A stretch of 47,594 bases of DNA from Malacoraja senta (taxonomy: Eukaryota), in assembly GCA_038087875.1 (NCBI GenBank), contig JAXLNO010000263.1:124001-171594 (forward strand). Reading direction: 5' to 3'. Shown here in pieces: positions 23,855 through 35,740 of this stretch. Position 1 is the stretch's first letter. Each line of letters opens with the position of its first letter. The position numbers were made by a program, and so were the translations under genes. The notes under the pieces are model-generated. The model was not told the DNA's origin. It worked only from the letters and a program-made list of their open reading frames with translations, and ran no database searches.

Positions 23855-23949
23855 TTTTAAAGCTCTGTGATTTCATGCCGTGGAACGAATCCATACCTCA
23901 CATACTGCCAAAATTGACTAAATGGAGGAAGTATGTTAACGTATTCAAC

Positions 23950-24706
23950 AATGAACATCCGTGTCCACCCCAGCAGCACCCAACACCTGCCTGAGCCATC
24001 ATGAGATGGTCTGCACCGATACTTTACCATGTGGCTGTTTGTGGCTGAGTAATAGTGCCATTTCTGTGCCCCTTAGGGGTTCGGTGACTTCCAAATAACG
24101 GAGGAGATAGGTCTTTATACACAGTTGTGTGTCTAAGGGGTACTTTAGGAATTCTAGTTTCAGGCCAGCCGACCCAGGCCTGTTCTGTTTAACTAGCTCC
24201 TGTATGTAAAAAGTTATCTTATTTGCTGAAATACCCATTGTGTCCAGTCTCAATTTGTGTATAGATTGGACCCGTTGTGCTGTGACTAGTGCCATCAGCA
24301 TGACAGTTTTGTATGTCCATTTTATGAGTGAGAGGGACGTTGCTGGCGTCCAACCCCTAAGTAATGTCAAGACAACGCCAACATCCCAAATCTGGGTGTA
24401 CCTAGCTCTGGGGGGATTTGTGTTAAAGATACCCTTCATCAGTTTTGACACTAAAGGGTGCGATCCCACCGCATGTTGTCCTAGATCTTGTCCCAAATAG
24501 GATGACAACGCACTTCTGGCACAGTTGATGGCGCTGTAGCTAAGCCCTTCATCGTAATGAAGGCCAGCTAAGAAATCTAGCACATCTGTCAACGGCGCTG
24601 TGATGTATGTGACGTTAGCCCGCATGCAGAACGTTTCCCATTTTGTGATATAACACAGGTACTGTTTTCGGGTGGATTCCCTGCATGCTGCCGTGATCAT
24701 GTTCAT
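23950..24706 (-). pseudogene. DIRS-B tyrosine recombinase, C-terminally truncated
   Basis: STRKQYLCYITKW..MLMALVTAQRVQSI..VSVQTIS*WLRQVLGAAGVDTDV. The HSTR and catalytic Tyr segment seen in DIRS-A is missing. Confidence 0.88.
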
Positions 24707-24740
24707 AGTCCTGTCAGATAGCCCAAACTCCAGGGTTTCT

Positions 24741-25562
24741 TCAGACTCTGCAAATCAAGAGATCGATCCTATCATGGCACGGGTGACTTTCCCCTGTCAC
24801 ATGATGGGTTAACAGATCAGGGTGCTTGGTGATGTGCATACATGGTTCGCTGACCATGTCGAGGACCACTGGAAACCATGGTTGGGTAGGCCAGTCGGGT
24901 ACTACCAAAATTCCTGACGCGGAGTCAAGTTGAATTTTGCGCAGAACCTGACTTATGAGGCAGAAGGGGGGAAATGCATAGAAAAACAATTCCCCCCAAT
25001 GCAACGAGAAAGCGTCAATCGCTGCTGCCCCAGGGTCTGGTTCCCATGCAACATATGTCGGCAACTGGTGATTAAGCCTAGATGCGAACAGATCGATATC
25101 CGGTGTTCCATATTGCGCTACAATTTGAGCAAACACTTTTTTGTTTAACATCCATTCGATGTTATCATTGAACTTGCATGACCTGGTGTCTGACACTGTA
25201 TTGAGCTTACCTGGGAGATAGGTAGCTGATATCCAAATGTCTCTATCTATACACCAGTGCCAGATTGTATTGGCCAGATTGTCACAAGACATCGATTTTA
25301 TTCCTCCCATATGATTAATATAAGCCACCACAGTGGTATTATCAATCTGTAACCGAACATGCAGGCTTTGCATGTCGGAACAGTAAGCCCTTAACCCGTG
25401 AAACGCACCCATCATTTCTAGGTAATTAATACCGAATGTTTGAAGTAACGTTGATTCCTGTGCGTCCCATCTTCCACCACAACTAGAATTGGTATTAGTA
25501 GCACCCCACCCCTGAGCGCTTGCATCAGTTCGTATTATAACTGACGGGTTGTTAACGAACAT
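24741..25562 (-). CDS. DIRS-B RNase H plus DNA methyltransferase-like domain
   Basis: IRTDASAQGWG, INYLEM and QIDNTTVVAYINHMGG (RNase H); PDIDLFAS..DAFSLHW..YAFPPF..LVVPDWPTQPWF (MT-like). Offset by a frameshift from the RT ORF. Confidence 0.88.
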   Translation of the reverse strand: MFVNNPSVIIRTDASAQGWGATNTNSSCGGRWDAQESTLLQTFGINYLEMMGAFHGLRAYCSDMQSLHVRLQIDNTTVVAYINHMGGIKSMSCDNLANTIWHWCIDRDIWISATYLPGKLNTVSDTRSCKFNDNIEWMLNKKVFAQIVAQYGTPDIDLFASRLNHQLPTYVAWEPDPGAAAIDAFSLHWGELFFYAFPPFCLISQVLRKIQLDSASGILVVPDWPTQPWFPVVLDMVSEPCMHITKHPDLLTHHVTGESHPCHDRIDLLICRV

Positions 25563-26730
25563 TCAGCATCCACCATTGTAATTCCAGTACCGCTTTAACT
25601 GGTAGCTGCATTGGTCTGTCAAAATGCCCTGCATTGAGTTTGAGTGCTTGCACCTTTGCCCTCTGTAAATTTTGGTAATGCAGAGTTCCAAACTGTGCAG
25701 CCGGAAAGGCAGCCACGAGTTTGCCAATTACCCTGGCTACTTGTCGAATGGTTGGTTGTCTGACGATAGCAAGACCGCTACAAGCCTCCATTAAGTCTGT
25801 TGCTTTGCCCTGTGGCAGAGTCACAGACATGTGAACAGAGTCAATGGTGAATCCTAAGTATTCTAATGTTGTAGAAGGCGTTAACTTAGACTTATCTGGA
25901 TGGATGAGGAACCCCAGTTGCTCAAACAAGCGCTTGGTGGCTATCACAGCCGCTTTATCCAATTCCAGCGTCTTTCCCACAATTAAAATGTCATCCAGGT
26001 ATGCCATGACGATATGTTTTTGTTTCCGAAGAAACGCCAGCGCTGGTTTTAGTAATTTAGTGAATAGTCTGGGGGCTGATGTTAATCCGTTGGGTAACGC
26101 TCTGTACTGCCAGAGCTGCCCCATCCAGTTAAATTTCAGATAACGGCGGTGACCCTTCTTTATGGGTACCGAATAGTATGCATCTTTTAAGTCAATGCAT
26201 GCCATAAAGTATCCTCTGGAAACCAGTTGTTTGGCATTAACAAAGGTTTCCATTTTGAAATGTGTATACTGCACAAATGTATTCAGTTGTGTCAGGTCAA
26301 TGATGATGCGACATCCACCATCTTTTTTGCTTCTTGTAAAGATATTGGATACGAACTCCAAAGGTTCGTGTTTGGTTATTTCAATTACTCCCTTTGCATG
26401 TAACCTCACAATTTCCGCATGACAGTCCACTCTTTCCTGCTGTGAAAGCACGAATCTACGGCTAGGTACATGCTGAACCGGAGGAAGGAGTTTATGACTA
26501 AATTCAATTTCATACCCCTGGATACTATGCAGTATAAATGGGTCAGTAGTTATGCAACTCCATGCTTCCAAAAACAGGTGTAACCTTCCCCCCACCTGTG
26601 AAGAACTTACATACCCTATGTTCCGGAAGAAACCAGACCCACCTACCTCCATGGTTATCAGTGGGGTGTTCCTTTCTTCCTGCCTTGTTTCCGGGGGGGG
26701 TAGTAGAGCTGGAGGGCGGGGATGGCGCAT
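25552..26730 (-). CDS. DIRS-B reverse transcriptase
   Basis: VGGRL, CRIIIDL, HFKME, IDLKDAYYSVPI, LPNGLTSAPRLFTK and YLDD. Confidence 0.92.
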   Translation of the reverse strand: MRHPRPPALLPPPETRQEERNTPLITMEVGGSGFFRNIGYVSSSQVGGRLHLFLEAWSCITTDPFILHSIQGYEIEFSHKLLPPVQHVPSRRFVLSQQERVDCHAEIVRLHAKGVIEITKHEPLEFVSNIFTRSKKDGGCRIIIDLTQLNTFVQYTHFKMETFVNAKQLVSRGYFMACIDLKDAYYSVPIKKGHRRYLKFNWMGQLWQYRALPNGLTSAPRLFTKLLKPALAFLRKQKHIVMAYLDDILIVGKTLELDKAAVIATKRLFEQLGFLIHPDKSKLTPSTTLEYLGFTIDSVHMSVTLPQGKATDLMEACSGLAIVRQPTIRQVARVIGKLVAAFPAAQFGTLHYQNLQRAKVQALKLNAGHFDRPMQLPVKAVLELQWWMLNVR

Positions 26731-26850
26731 TTTCCAGGAGGACCATTCTGGGCCTTGGCCTAAAAAAGACCTCTGTCCTGTTAAAATGGCCCTCGAGCTT
26801 TCACCAGCTTCTGGATATCTTCTGCTGGTGGATGCATAGGGGTGCTGTCT

Positions 26851-27886
26851 TCAGGGCTGCGTGTTCTTGCTGGTTGCTTTCATCAGTCCTACAGCTTTTG
26901 CCTCTTCATCCAAGTCTTTTACCTGTTTGGGCAGGTTCTCCCCGAAGAGTAAGTTCGGCGGCTGGGTGTTGCTTGCCTTACACAATCCCGCAAATTTCGG
27001 GTTCAGGGCAGGCAGAATCATACTCTTCCTGAAACAATTGATCTCGAATTGAGTGTTACAAAAGATTGCGAGAGCGTCTTGCTGCTCGTCGGACATATCC
27101 CGGCCGTCAACTGACCTGGCAAATGCTGTTATGCCAGACGTCAGGAGCTTGAGGATCCTCTGTATCTTTACCTCTTGCGCTCTGATATTACCACCGATAT
27201 GCCCCCAGATTGAATTATTAACTGTAGGAACGTTGAGAGATGCACAGTTCTCCGGAGCTACATATTTATCAGCCGTGTCATTCATGACTTGTTCCTGCAG
27301 CTGGTTGGACATCAGGAAATCGATGCTAGCCGCCAGTCGTGCCTGTAATGGTTGCCCTGATCGTGAAGGCATAGCAAACTTGGAAACCATGCCCAGCAGT
27401 TTCTCCTCTTCCTGCACCCCCAGCACACTCGTGGTTTCTTCAGCCATGTCCCCTTGTTCTGAGCCAGCCCAGAAGTGGCTCCTTATGCTCCCTTCCGAGG
27501 AGAGGGAGACAGTTTGCAGCCCTGTGCAAGGCGCTGCCGTGGGTGTCCGAGGAGACCCACGGTGATAATGCTCCGCTTGATGGAGCATGTCACGCTGGAG
27601 CAGTTGCTCCATTAACCGCTCCATGCGGGTTAAGCGCCCACGGTCGCTTCCCGCCGGCGGTGAGTCTTCTTGACCCGACTCATCCGAGCCCACGGGTCTA
27701 TCCGTCTTCCGCTTGGCTTTCCCACCGGCCCGGGGAATCACCGCCGAACCTGCCGGTACTGTCGGAAGTTGCGGACCGGACTGTTTGCGACCCCGGTGAA
27801 ATCGGCCGCTGTTGACTGCCCGCGGTCCCGCGGTCTTTCGCAGTCATTTTTACCGCAGTCCGCTTCTTTCCTTTTGTTTTGTCCAT
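26851..27886 (-). CDS. DIRS-B gag-like ORF1 (probable ATG at 27886, apparent frameshift near 27740)
   Basis: 296-aa open segment upstream of RT, homologous to DIRS-A ORF1. Confidence 0.75.
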
Positions 27887-28129
27887 TGTGGTGTTGTTCT
27901 GTAAGAAAGCACAGAACACCAAAACAACCGCAGTAAAACCTACTTACCTGCAGGTTCGTTTTTTAAACCTTACCGCTGGAGGAGTCACGCGCCTGCCAGC
28001 CAGTCGTTCGCAATGCGTTAGACGAATTGACACGCATGCGTGCTGGCGGGCTCTTCACGTAGTCACTCATGTGACTCCGAAATAAAATCAATAAACAAAT
28101 AACCTCCAGTACTTATGCAAAAAAGTTCA

Positions 28130-29440
28130 AGTCTTTAGTGGAAGCAGAGACTGTTTATAGTTTAGGTTGTGGTTTAAGGTGTTCAGGAGCCTGATGGTGT
28201 TGGGCAGAAACTATTTCTGAACCTACTGGTCATGGATTCAGTCTCCTGTTCCTTCTTCCCGAAAGTTGGAGTGAAATGAGAGCTTGGCCAGAGTGGTGTG
28301 TGTGTTTGATGATGTTAGCTGCCTTTTTGAGGCATTGCCTCCTCTAGATCCCTTCAATGGTGGGGAGGTCAGTAACCCGTGATGGACTGGGCAGTGTTCA
28401 CCACGTTTTATAATCTGCTTAGTTCTTGGGTGTTCAAGTTGTCAAACCAGGCTGTGAGGCAACCCGACATTATGCTCTCTCCCGTTTACCTGTAGAAATT
28501 CAAGACAGCATTCGTCAACATACATGTCCTTTGACAACTGATTTCTTGCTAAAATCAATAAAGACCGTCTCCGGCATTGCCCTCATCAACCTTTTTGGTT
28601 ACTTCTTCAAAAACTCACAGATTTGTGAGACACAATTTCCCACACACAAAACCATGCTGACTATCGCTAATCAACCCGTCTATCCAATGCAAACATATCT
28701 TATCCCTCAGAATAATCTAGGGTAACGTGCCTACCACAGATGTTAGGCTTACAAGTCTATAGTTCCCAGGCTTTTCCTTGCAGCCCTTGCAAATTAAGGC
28801 ACAACGTTAGCCACCCTCCAGTCTTCTGTCACCGCACCTGAATCTAATGATGAATCATATATCTCAGCCAGGATGCCTGCAATTTCATCTCAAGCTTCCC
28901 AAGGTGTCCTCAGATATACCTGATCATGTCTGGGAGAATTATCTATCTTAATACACTCTAGCACGTTCAGTATCTCCTCGACCGTAATACAGACTGTCCT
29001 CAAGACAGACTGAAGAAGGGTCTCAACCTGAAACTTCACCTATTCCTTTTCTTCAGAGATGCTGTCTGATCGTTGAGTTACTCCAGCATTTCGTATCAAT
29101 CTTCTGATCTCATGACACATGTATTAACTGTCCCAAGTTCCACAGTCTTTATGTGTTTCTCCACAGTAAAACCAGGGGTGTAATACTCATTGAGGACTTT
29201 GCCCATCTCCTGTGGATCCACACAGAGATGACCACTTTGGCTTCTGAGGGGCCCTATCATTTCTCTAGTCACCCTCTTTTCCTAAAATTTCCTAAAGAAA
29301 TAAAATCTCTTTGGATTTCCCTTAACTTTATCTAGCAGAACTATCTCCTGCCCCCTTTTATGCCCTTCGGATCTCCTTCTTAATTATGCTTCTCAGTTCC
29401 TGAAGCTCCTCCAGGGATACACTTGATCCCAGCTACCTTC
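28130..29440 (-). mobile_element. Old Rex/Babar (~28130-28520) and CR1 (~28540-29440) fragments with a Penelope remnant (~29005-29100), forming the Y part of the tandem unit
   Basis: Reverse-strand similarity to the LINE segments at 19675-20260 and 606-800; repeated in unit B. Confidence 0.65.
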
Positions 29441-31170
29441 CTCTTCCACCAGCACCTCAATTTCTCTTCTGAATTGCTTCAAGCTTCATCTGAATTGAAT
29501 ACAGAAACTTGGTTGCAGTCTGCCCTAACACTGGGGAAGGTGTGCATTCAGTGGTGGCTGTGGGACCTGGAGTCTCCCCCCAAGAGCAATGGTCCTGGTT
29601 CCAGTCTCTCCGCACCTTGGAGCCCAGTCAATACCTTCCCCTCCCTCTTCCCGCCTGTCTGAATGAGAGCCTGTGGACTGTGTGCAACACCCGCTGGTTT
29701 GTAGCTTTGCCGGTGGTCGTCACCAGTTCCCCGGGTTCAGCCTGAAGCCGTGCGGTCGGGGGGAAACTGGACGTGGCTCGCAGGCAGCACAGCACGGAAC
29801 TGTCTCCAACGGTGGTTCAACATCAATGCCACAGATAAAGTGATAGCAGTACCAGCCCTCCCTGTGGTACCAGATATCACAAGGAACTGCTGAACTTTAT
29901 ACGATATCAACTATTACAACATAAACAAGCATGAGATCTGTATTTCTTTTATTCAATGATATAAATATTAAAGGTTTGAATAGGGAAAAAATGGGATAGG
30001 TTGACAAAATGTTTAGTTCAGTCAAGAGATACAGCGTGGAAACTGGCCCTTCGGCCCACAGAGTTCACACTGACCAGCGATCCCCGCACACTAACACTTT
30101 CCTACACACACCAGGGACAATTTATAAATTTGCCAAGCCGATTAGCCTACAAAGCTGTAAGTCTTTGGAGTTTAGGAGGAAACTGGAGCACCCGGAGAAA
30201 ACCCACGCAGGTCACAGCAAGAACACACAAACTCCACACAGACAGCATCCACAGTCAGGATGGAAGCCGGGTCTCTGGTGCTGTAAGGCAGCAACTCTAC
30301 CGCTGCGTCACCGTGCCACCCAAGTGAAGCAAAATGAAAGAGTCAGGAGTGTTTAATTGTACAGTCCAACAAAACAATGAAATTCTTACTTGTAGCTGCA
30401 TAACAAGGATGTAAACACAATACTCACAGACAATACATAATAAACAAATAAAATCAATAAACAAATAACCTCCAGTACTAAAGCAAAAAAGCTCAAAGTC
30501 TTTAGTGGAAGAAGAGACTGTTTATAGTTTATGTTGTGGTTTAAGGTGTTCAGGAGCCTGATGGTGTTGGGCAGAAACTATTTCTGAACCTACTGGTCAC
30601 GGATTCAGTCTCCTATACCTTCTTCCCGAAAGTTGGAGTGGTGTGTGTGTGTGTTTGATGATGTTAGCTGCCTTTTTGAGGCATTGCCTCCGCTAGATCC
30701 CTTCAATGGTGGGGAGGTCAGTAACCCGTGATAGACTGGGCAGTGTTCACCACGTTTTATAATCTGCTTCGTTCTTGGGTGTTCAAGTTGTCAAACCAGG
30801 CTGTGAGGCAACCCGACATTATGCTCTCTCCCGTTTACCTGTAGAAATTCAAGACAGCATTCGTCAACATACATGTCCTTTGACAACTGATTTCTTGCTA
30901 AAATCAATAAAGACCGTCTCCGGCATTGCCCTCATCAACCTTTTTGGTTACTTCTTCAAAAACTCACAGATTTGTGAGACACAATTTCCCACACACAAAA
31001 CCATGCTGACTATCGCTAATCAACCCGTCTATCCAATGCAAACATATCTTATCCCTCAGAATAATCTCGGGTAACGTGCCTACAATAGATGTTAGGCTTA
31101 CAAGTCTATAGTTCCCAGGCTTTTCCTTGCAGCCCTTGCAAATTAAGGCACAACGTTAGTCACCCTCCAG

Positions 31171-31473
31171 TCTTCTGTCACCGCACCTGAATCTAATGAT
31201 GAATCATATATCTCAGCCAGGATGCCTGCAATTTCATCTCAAGCTTCCCAAGGTGTCCTCAGATATACCTGATCATGTCTGGGAGAATTATTTATCTTAA
31301 TACACTCTAGCACGTTCAGTATCTCCTCAACCGTAATACAGACTGTCCTCAAGACAGACTGAAGAAGGGTCTCAACCTGAAACTTCACCTATTCCTTTTC
31401 TTCAGAGATGCTGTCTGATCGTTGAGTTACTCCAGCATTTTGTATCAATCTTCTGATCTCATGACACATGTAT
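31171..31473 (+). repeat. 303-bp direct repeat flanking the provirus (second copy 45264-45566)
   Basis: tcttctgtcaccgcacc...gacacatgtat abuts both LTR outer ends; 7 mismatches counted by eye. Confidence 0.92.
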
Positions 31474-32009
31474 TGTCGTGGTTTTAAGACTCAAAGTTTG
31501 GATAAGATGACACAGACACGGAGAATTCTTCAAGAAGACGAAAAGCCTTTATTTGCAAACAACTTTTGGCTTGGAACATTCAGAGACAACACGGCCTGGT
31601 CTCTCTCTAATTGTTCTCTGATCTACAGAAACAAGCACCATTTTATTACACTCTTTCAGCCTTATCTTCGACTACTTGGTATGCATGCTTCTATAACTTT
31701 AATCTCTCACTATGTCCTTGCTCTTTAACTTTAATCCCTGAGCCGACCATGGCGTACTAACTAAAGCAAAATAAAAAACAAGACGTAGCTTGTTTTTGTG
31801 CCGTGATGTCTGTTCACATAAAAATAGCTTTAATAAATGTTTCAAGCACATTACTAGATAAATGTTAAATGCTGCAAAACTAATAATCACGTGAGTCTGA
31901 GTACAATAAGCTAATGTCTGATTACATAAAATAGCTGACATCTCTGCTGGCTATGATGAATGTTTTAATTATTTGTTCTTCTATATAATTTCTATATAAC
32001 TTCTGTATA
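31474..32009 (-). repeat. ERV 3' LTR
   Basis: Preceded on the minus strand by PPT 32011-32022; termini TA...CA. Confidence 0.93.
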
Positions 32010-32234
32010 ACTCCCTCCTTTTAGACTTTAAACTAATCTCAACAGACAAAGAAAACCACACACACATCCCCCAGGTCTAATCACCCATAGAGCCCTAAAA
32101 TGCAGGCTCTTTTAATTAAGTTAGTGTAATGCTGTGTAGCGTTCTTTCTATGTCTCCCTGAGAAACTGGGCCAAAAACCCACCCCCATTACATGAGGCGG
32201 GAAAAAAAGATCCAGCTTCCGTTACAGACTTCAT

Positions 32235-32640
32235 TTAACATTTTCCCAACACTTCTTCTCCATCGTAGTAGTATTCTATCACCGAGGTCCACTTTCCTTT
32301 AGGGCCGGATTCGTCTGCACCCGTTATCATTGGCAGTTGCTTCACAGTAGCTTTCACCAGGAGAGACTTAATACAGGGGAAAACACAACACAACATGATT
32401 GCCACTGCAAGTAGTGCGACCCCAATGGTCAGACCAATTTTAACCAGCCATGCTCCCCAACCCCCCAACATGCTCTCCAACCACCCAAACAATTGATGTC
32501 CAAACCCTGCGTTTCGTTTAACCTCACTCCTTAGGTTTTTTAGCTTATCCATGGCTTTAGTGAAAGACCCCTCCGGGCTAGTATTATTACATATGAAGGT
32601 GAAATATTGTTCCCCAAACAAGACACATACACCCCTTTAT
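32235..32640 (-). pseudogene. env: env TM remnant (open for 128 codons)
   Basis: CVLFGEQYFTFICNNT...IGVALLAVAIMLCCVFPCI. Confidence 0.85.
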
Positions 32641-32700
32641 TCTGACCTTATTTACACCAGTCTCATAGTCACTAATGTCTCCAAAAAACTCACATTATCT

Positions 32701-34036
32701 TAACCATATAACAATGACAGCAATGAAACAGTCCATCTCGGCCCTTCTAGTCCGTGCCTAACACTTACTCTCACCTAGTTCCATCTACCTGCACTCAGAT
32801 CATAACCCTCCATTCCTTTCCCGTCCATATACTGTACCTGTCCAATTATTTTTAAATGATAAAATCGAACCTGTCTCCACCACTTCCACTGGAAGCTCAT
32901 TCCACACACCTACCACAGAGTAAAGAAGTTCCCCCTCATGTTACCTCTAAACATCTGTCCCTTAATCGTGTCCTCTTGTTTGAATCTTCCCTACTCTCAA
33001 TTGAAAAAGCTTATCCACGTCAACTCTGTCTATCCCTCTCATCATAACCTTCTGCGCTCCAAACAATGAAGACCTAACTTGTTCAACCTTTCTCTGTAAC
33101 TTAGTTGCTGAAACCCAGGCAACATTCTAGTAAATCTCCTCTGTACTCTCTCTATTTTGTTAACATCTTTCCTATAATTTGACGACCAAAATTGTACACC
33201 ATACTCCATAATTGGCATCACCAATGCCTTGTACAATTTTAACATTACATCCTAACTTCTATATTCAATGCTCTGATTTATAAAGGCATCACACCAAAAC
33301 CTTTCTTTACCACCCAATCTACATGAGATTCCACCTTCAGGGAACTATGCACAGTTATTCCTAGATCCCTCTGTTCAACTACATTCCTCAATTCCCTTCC
33401 ATTTACCATGTACGTCCTATTTTGATTTGTCCTGCCAAGATGTAGCACCTCACACTTATCGACATTAATCTCCATCTGCCATCTTTCAGCTCACTCTTCC
33501 AAATGGCCTAAATCTCTCTGTAGACTTTGAAAATCTATTTCATTATCCACAACACCACCTATCTTAGTATCATCTGCATACTTACTAATCCAATTTACCA
33601 CACCATCATCCAGATCATTGATGTATATGACAAACAACAGTGGACCCAACACAGATCCCTGAAGCACCGCACTAGTCACTGGCCTCCAACTTGACAAACA
33701 GACATCCACTATTACTCTCCGGCATCTCCCATTCAGCCACTGTTCAATCCATCTTGCTACTCCACCATTAATACCCAACAATTGAACCTTCTTAATCAAC
33801 CTTCCATGTGGAACCTTGTCAAAGGCCTTACTGAATTCCATATAGACAACATCCATCGCTTTACCCTCATCAATTTCCCTAGTAACCTCTTCAAAAATTC
33901 AAAAAGATTAGTCAAACATGACCTTCCAGGCACAAATCCATGTTGATTGTTCCTAATCAGACCCTGTTTATCCAAATGCTTACATATATTATCTTTAAGT
34001 ATCCATTCCATTAATTTGCTCACCACTGACGTCAAA
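32701..34036 (-). mobile_element. CR1 insert in ERV copy 2 (same insert as 606-1931)
   Basis: Same CR1 segment, same 3' junction and same disabling lesions. Confidence 0.92.
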
Positions 34037-34039
34037 CAA

Positions 34040-35740
34040 CGTTCTTATTAGAACTCTGCTCTTCCATCACTTCTTTGTCCTCCTGTTCCCTTACCTCAGG
34101 GCTATTATCTAGTCGTACCTATGGGACAGCCGTCATGTAAGGATTGAAATGGTACCAGGTAGATCAACCTTCTACCTGAACTGCGGTGGGTGGTTCGGAA
34201 AGCTCATACATATACCTTGTCTCCAGGTTTAAAGGGTCCTTCATCCTGGTCCACCTCCAACTGCTTTTACTTTGCCTGTGCATAAATAAACTTGTATATA
34301 TTTAACTAACTGTTACATATACTTCTTAAATTCTACCTGTAACTGTTCCAAACTCGGTCCCTTGTAGGGACCTCTCCATTGTGCCACCTACATAAGTCGG
34401 CCAGTAAGCATCTCATGTGGTGTTATGTGGGTTATTCGGTTAGTTTACATGCAACATCTCTTCAGTGCCGATGGCAGGGCATTGATCCAATTCAACTTTG
34501 TAGTTACACAAATCTTATTTATATTAACCTTCAATGTTCCATTTGTTCTTTCCACCATGCCCTGTGACTGCAGGTGTTACACACCCAAATCTGTGTTTTA
34601 CTCTAAGGGCCTGTAACCCCCAGCTTGACTACTCTCTGAATGAAAACAATCCGTTGTCAAAGCTGATTTCAGTAGGTCTACCAAACCTCTCGATTACCTC
34701 ATTCATCAGAAACTTCACTACAGTCCCTACACCTAAATTCATCCAAGCTTACCCTAGACGTAATAACAGCTGATCATCTTCCAGATGCTGTTCTGACTGC
34801 TTCATCTGCACTTTGATTTCCCTTCTTATGTGCTTGGCATTTAATGACAGCTACAGCCCCTGACTTCATTATTGCCCTTATCAAGTCTGTACTTTACTGC
34901 TAACTTTTCATGGGGTTTCCGTTGCTTTCCTCAAAGCCTTTCTGTTTCCCTACTGCTCCAAACATGTGACAGACCCCATGAACACATGCTTAGTCAGTAT
35001 AAACTTCATCTTTCTCACCTTCCCTCATGTCACATGCTGCTTTTAAAACCTTAATTTCTGCCAACTGAGCTAAGCAAGATTGCAAGCTTTCAATTTAATT
35101 ACCTTAAAGTCTAATTCATCCTGATACACCTCTTCAAACCCTGCATACTTGCTATTATGATCCCTTTAACAAGAAACATCCACAAGCAAAACCTTATTGT
35201 CCCCTTCATTCAAAGGCTGTGACTGTAAAACATTTCTCCGACTTGTGTGTCCTTCTTACTTCATTATTTTCCTCAATGATATCACAATTACAACATACTT
35301 TCCAATCTAATCTAAACTATATCCTGCCATTCCCAAGAATGTCATCATCTGTCTTACTGTCTGTGGCTTAGGAGCTTCAATTTGATCCTGCGCTATAGCT
35401 TTAACTTCTTTAGATAGTACTCGTCCTGAATATTCTACCTGCTGCTGACAAAACAGCAACTTCTTCCTGGATACTTTATGACCTCTTATGCCATCTTTTC
35501 CAAGAGAATTAAAATGTCTCTCTCACATTGCTTCTCACTTGTGGAACAAACCAACAAATCATCCACATACTGTATCAAATACTTTCTAAGGGTAAACCTT
35601 TCAAATCTTCCTTTAACATCTAATTAAAAACATGGGGCTAGTATTTAAAACCCTGCTGCATCCTAGCCTGGGTCTATTTAATACCTCTTCTTAATGTTCT
35701 TACCATAGCTATGTTCACCACTATCTTAATATAATTATTA
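34040..35740 (-). pseudogene. pol: ERV pol remnants (RT, RNase H, integrase), heavily deleted
   Basis: LIQYVDDLLV, GHKVSRKKLLFCQQQVEY, AQLAEI and [11 protein letters not shown]. Confidence 0.82.

Larger units (their letters stand above)
23521..28088 (-). mobile_element. DIRS1-type tyrosine-recombinase retrotransposon, nearly intact (DIRS-B)
   Basis: ITR cores at ~23596-23629 and ~28026-28060, ICR at ~23742-23854, long gag, RT, RNase H/MT and YR ORFs. The empty site is present at 30452-30454. Confidence 0.96.

Noticed and set aside
27053..27565. Plus-strand ORFs within the DIRS elements
   Set aside because: They are antisense shadows of gag and pol.
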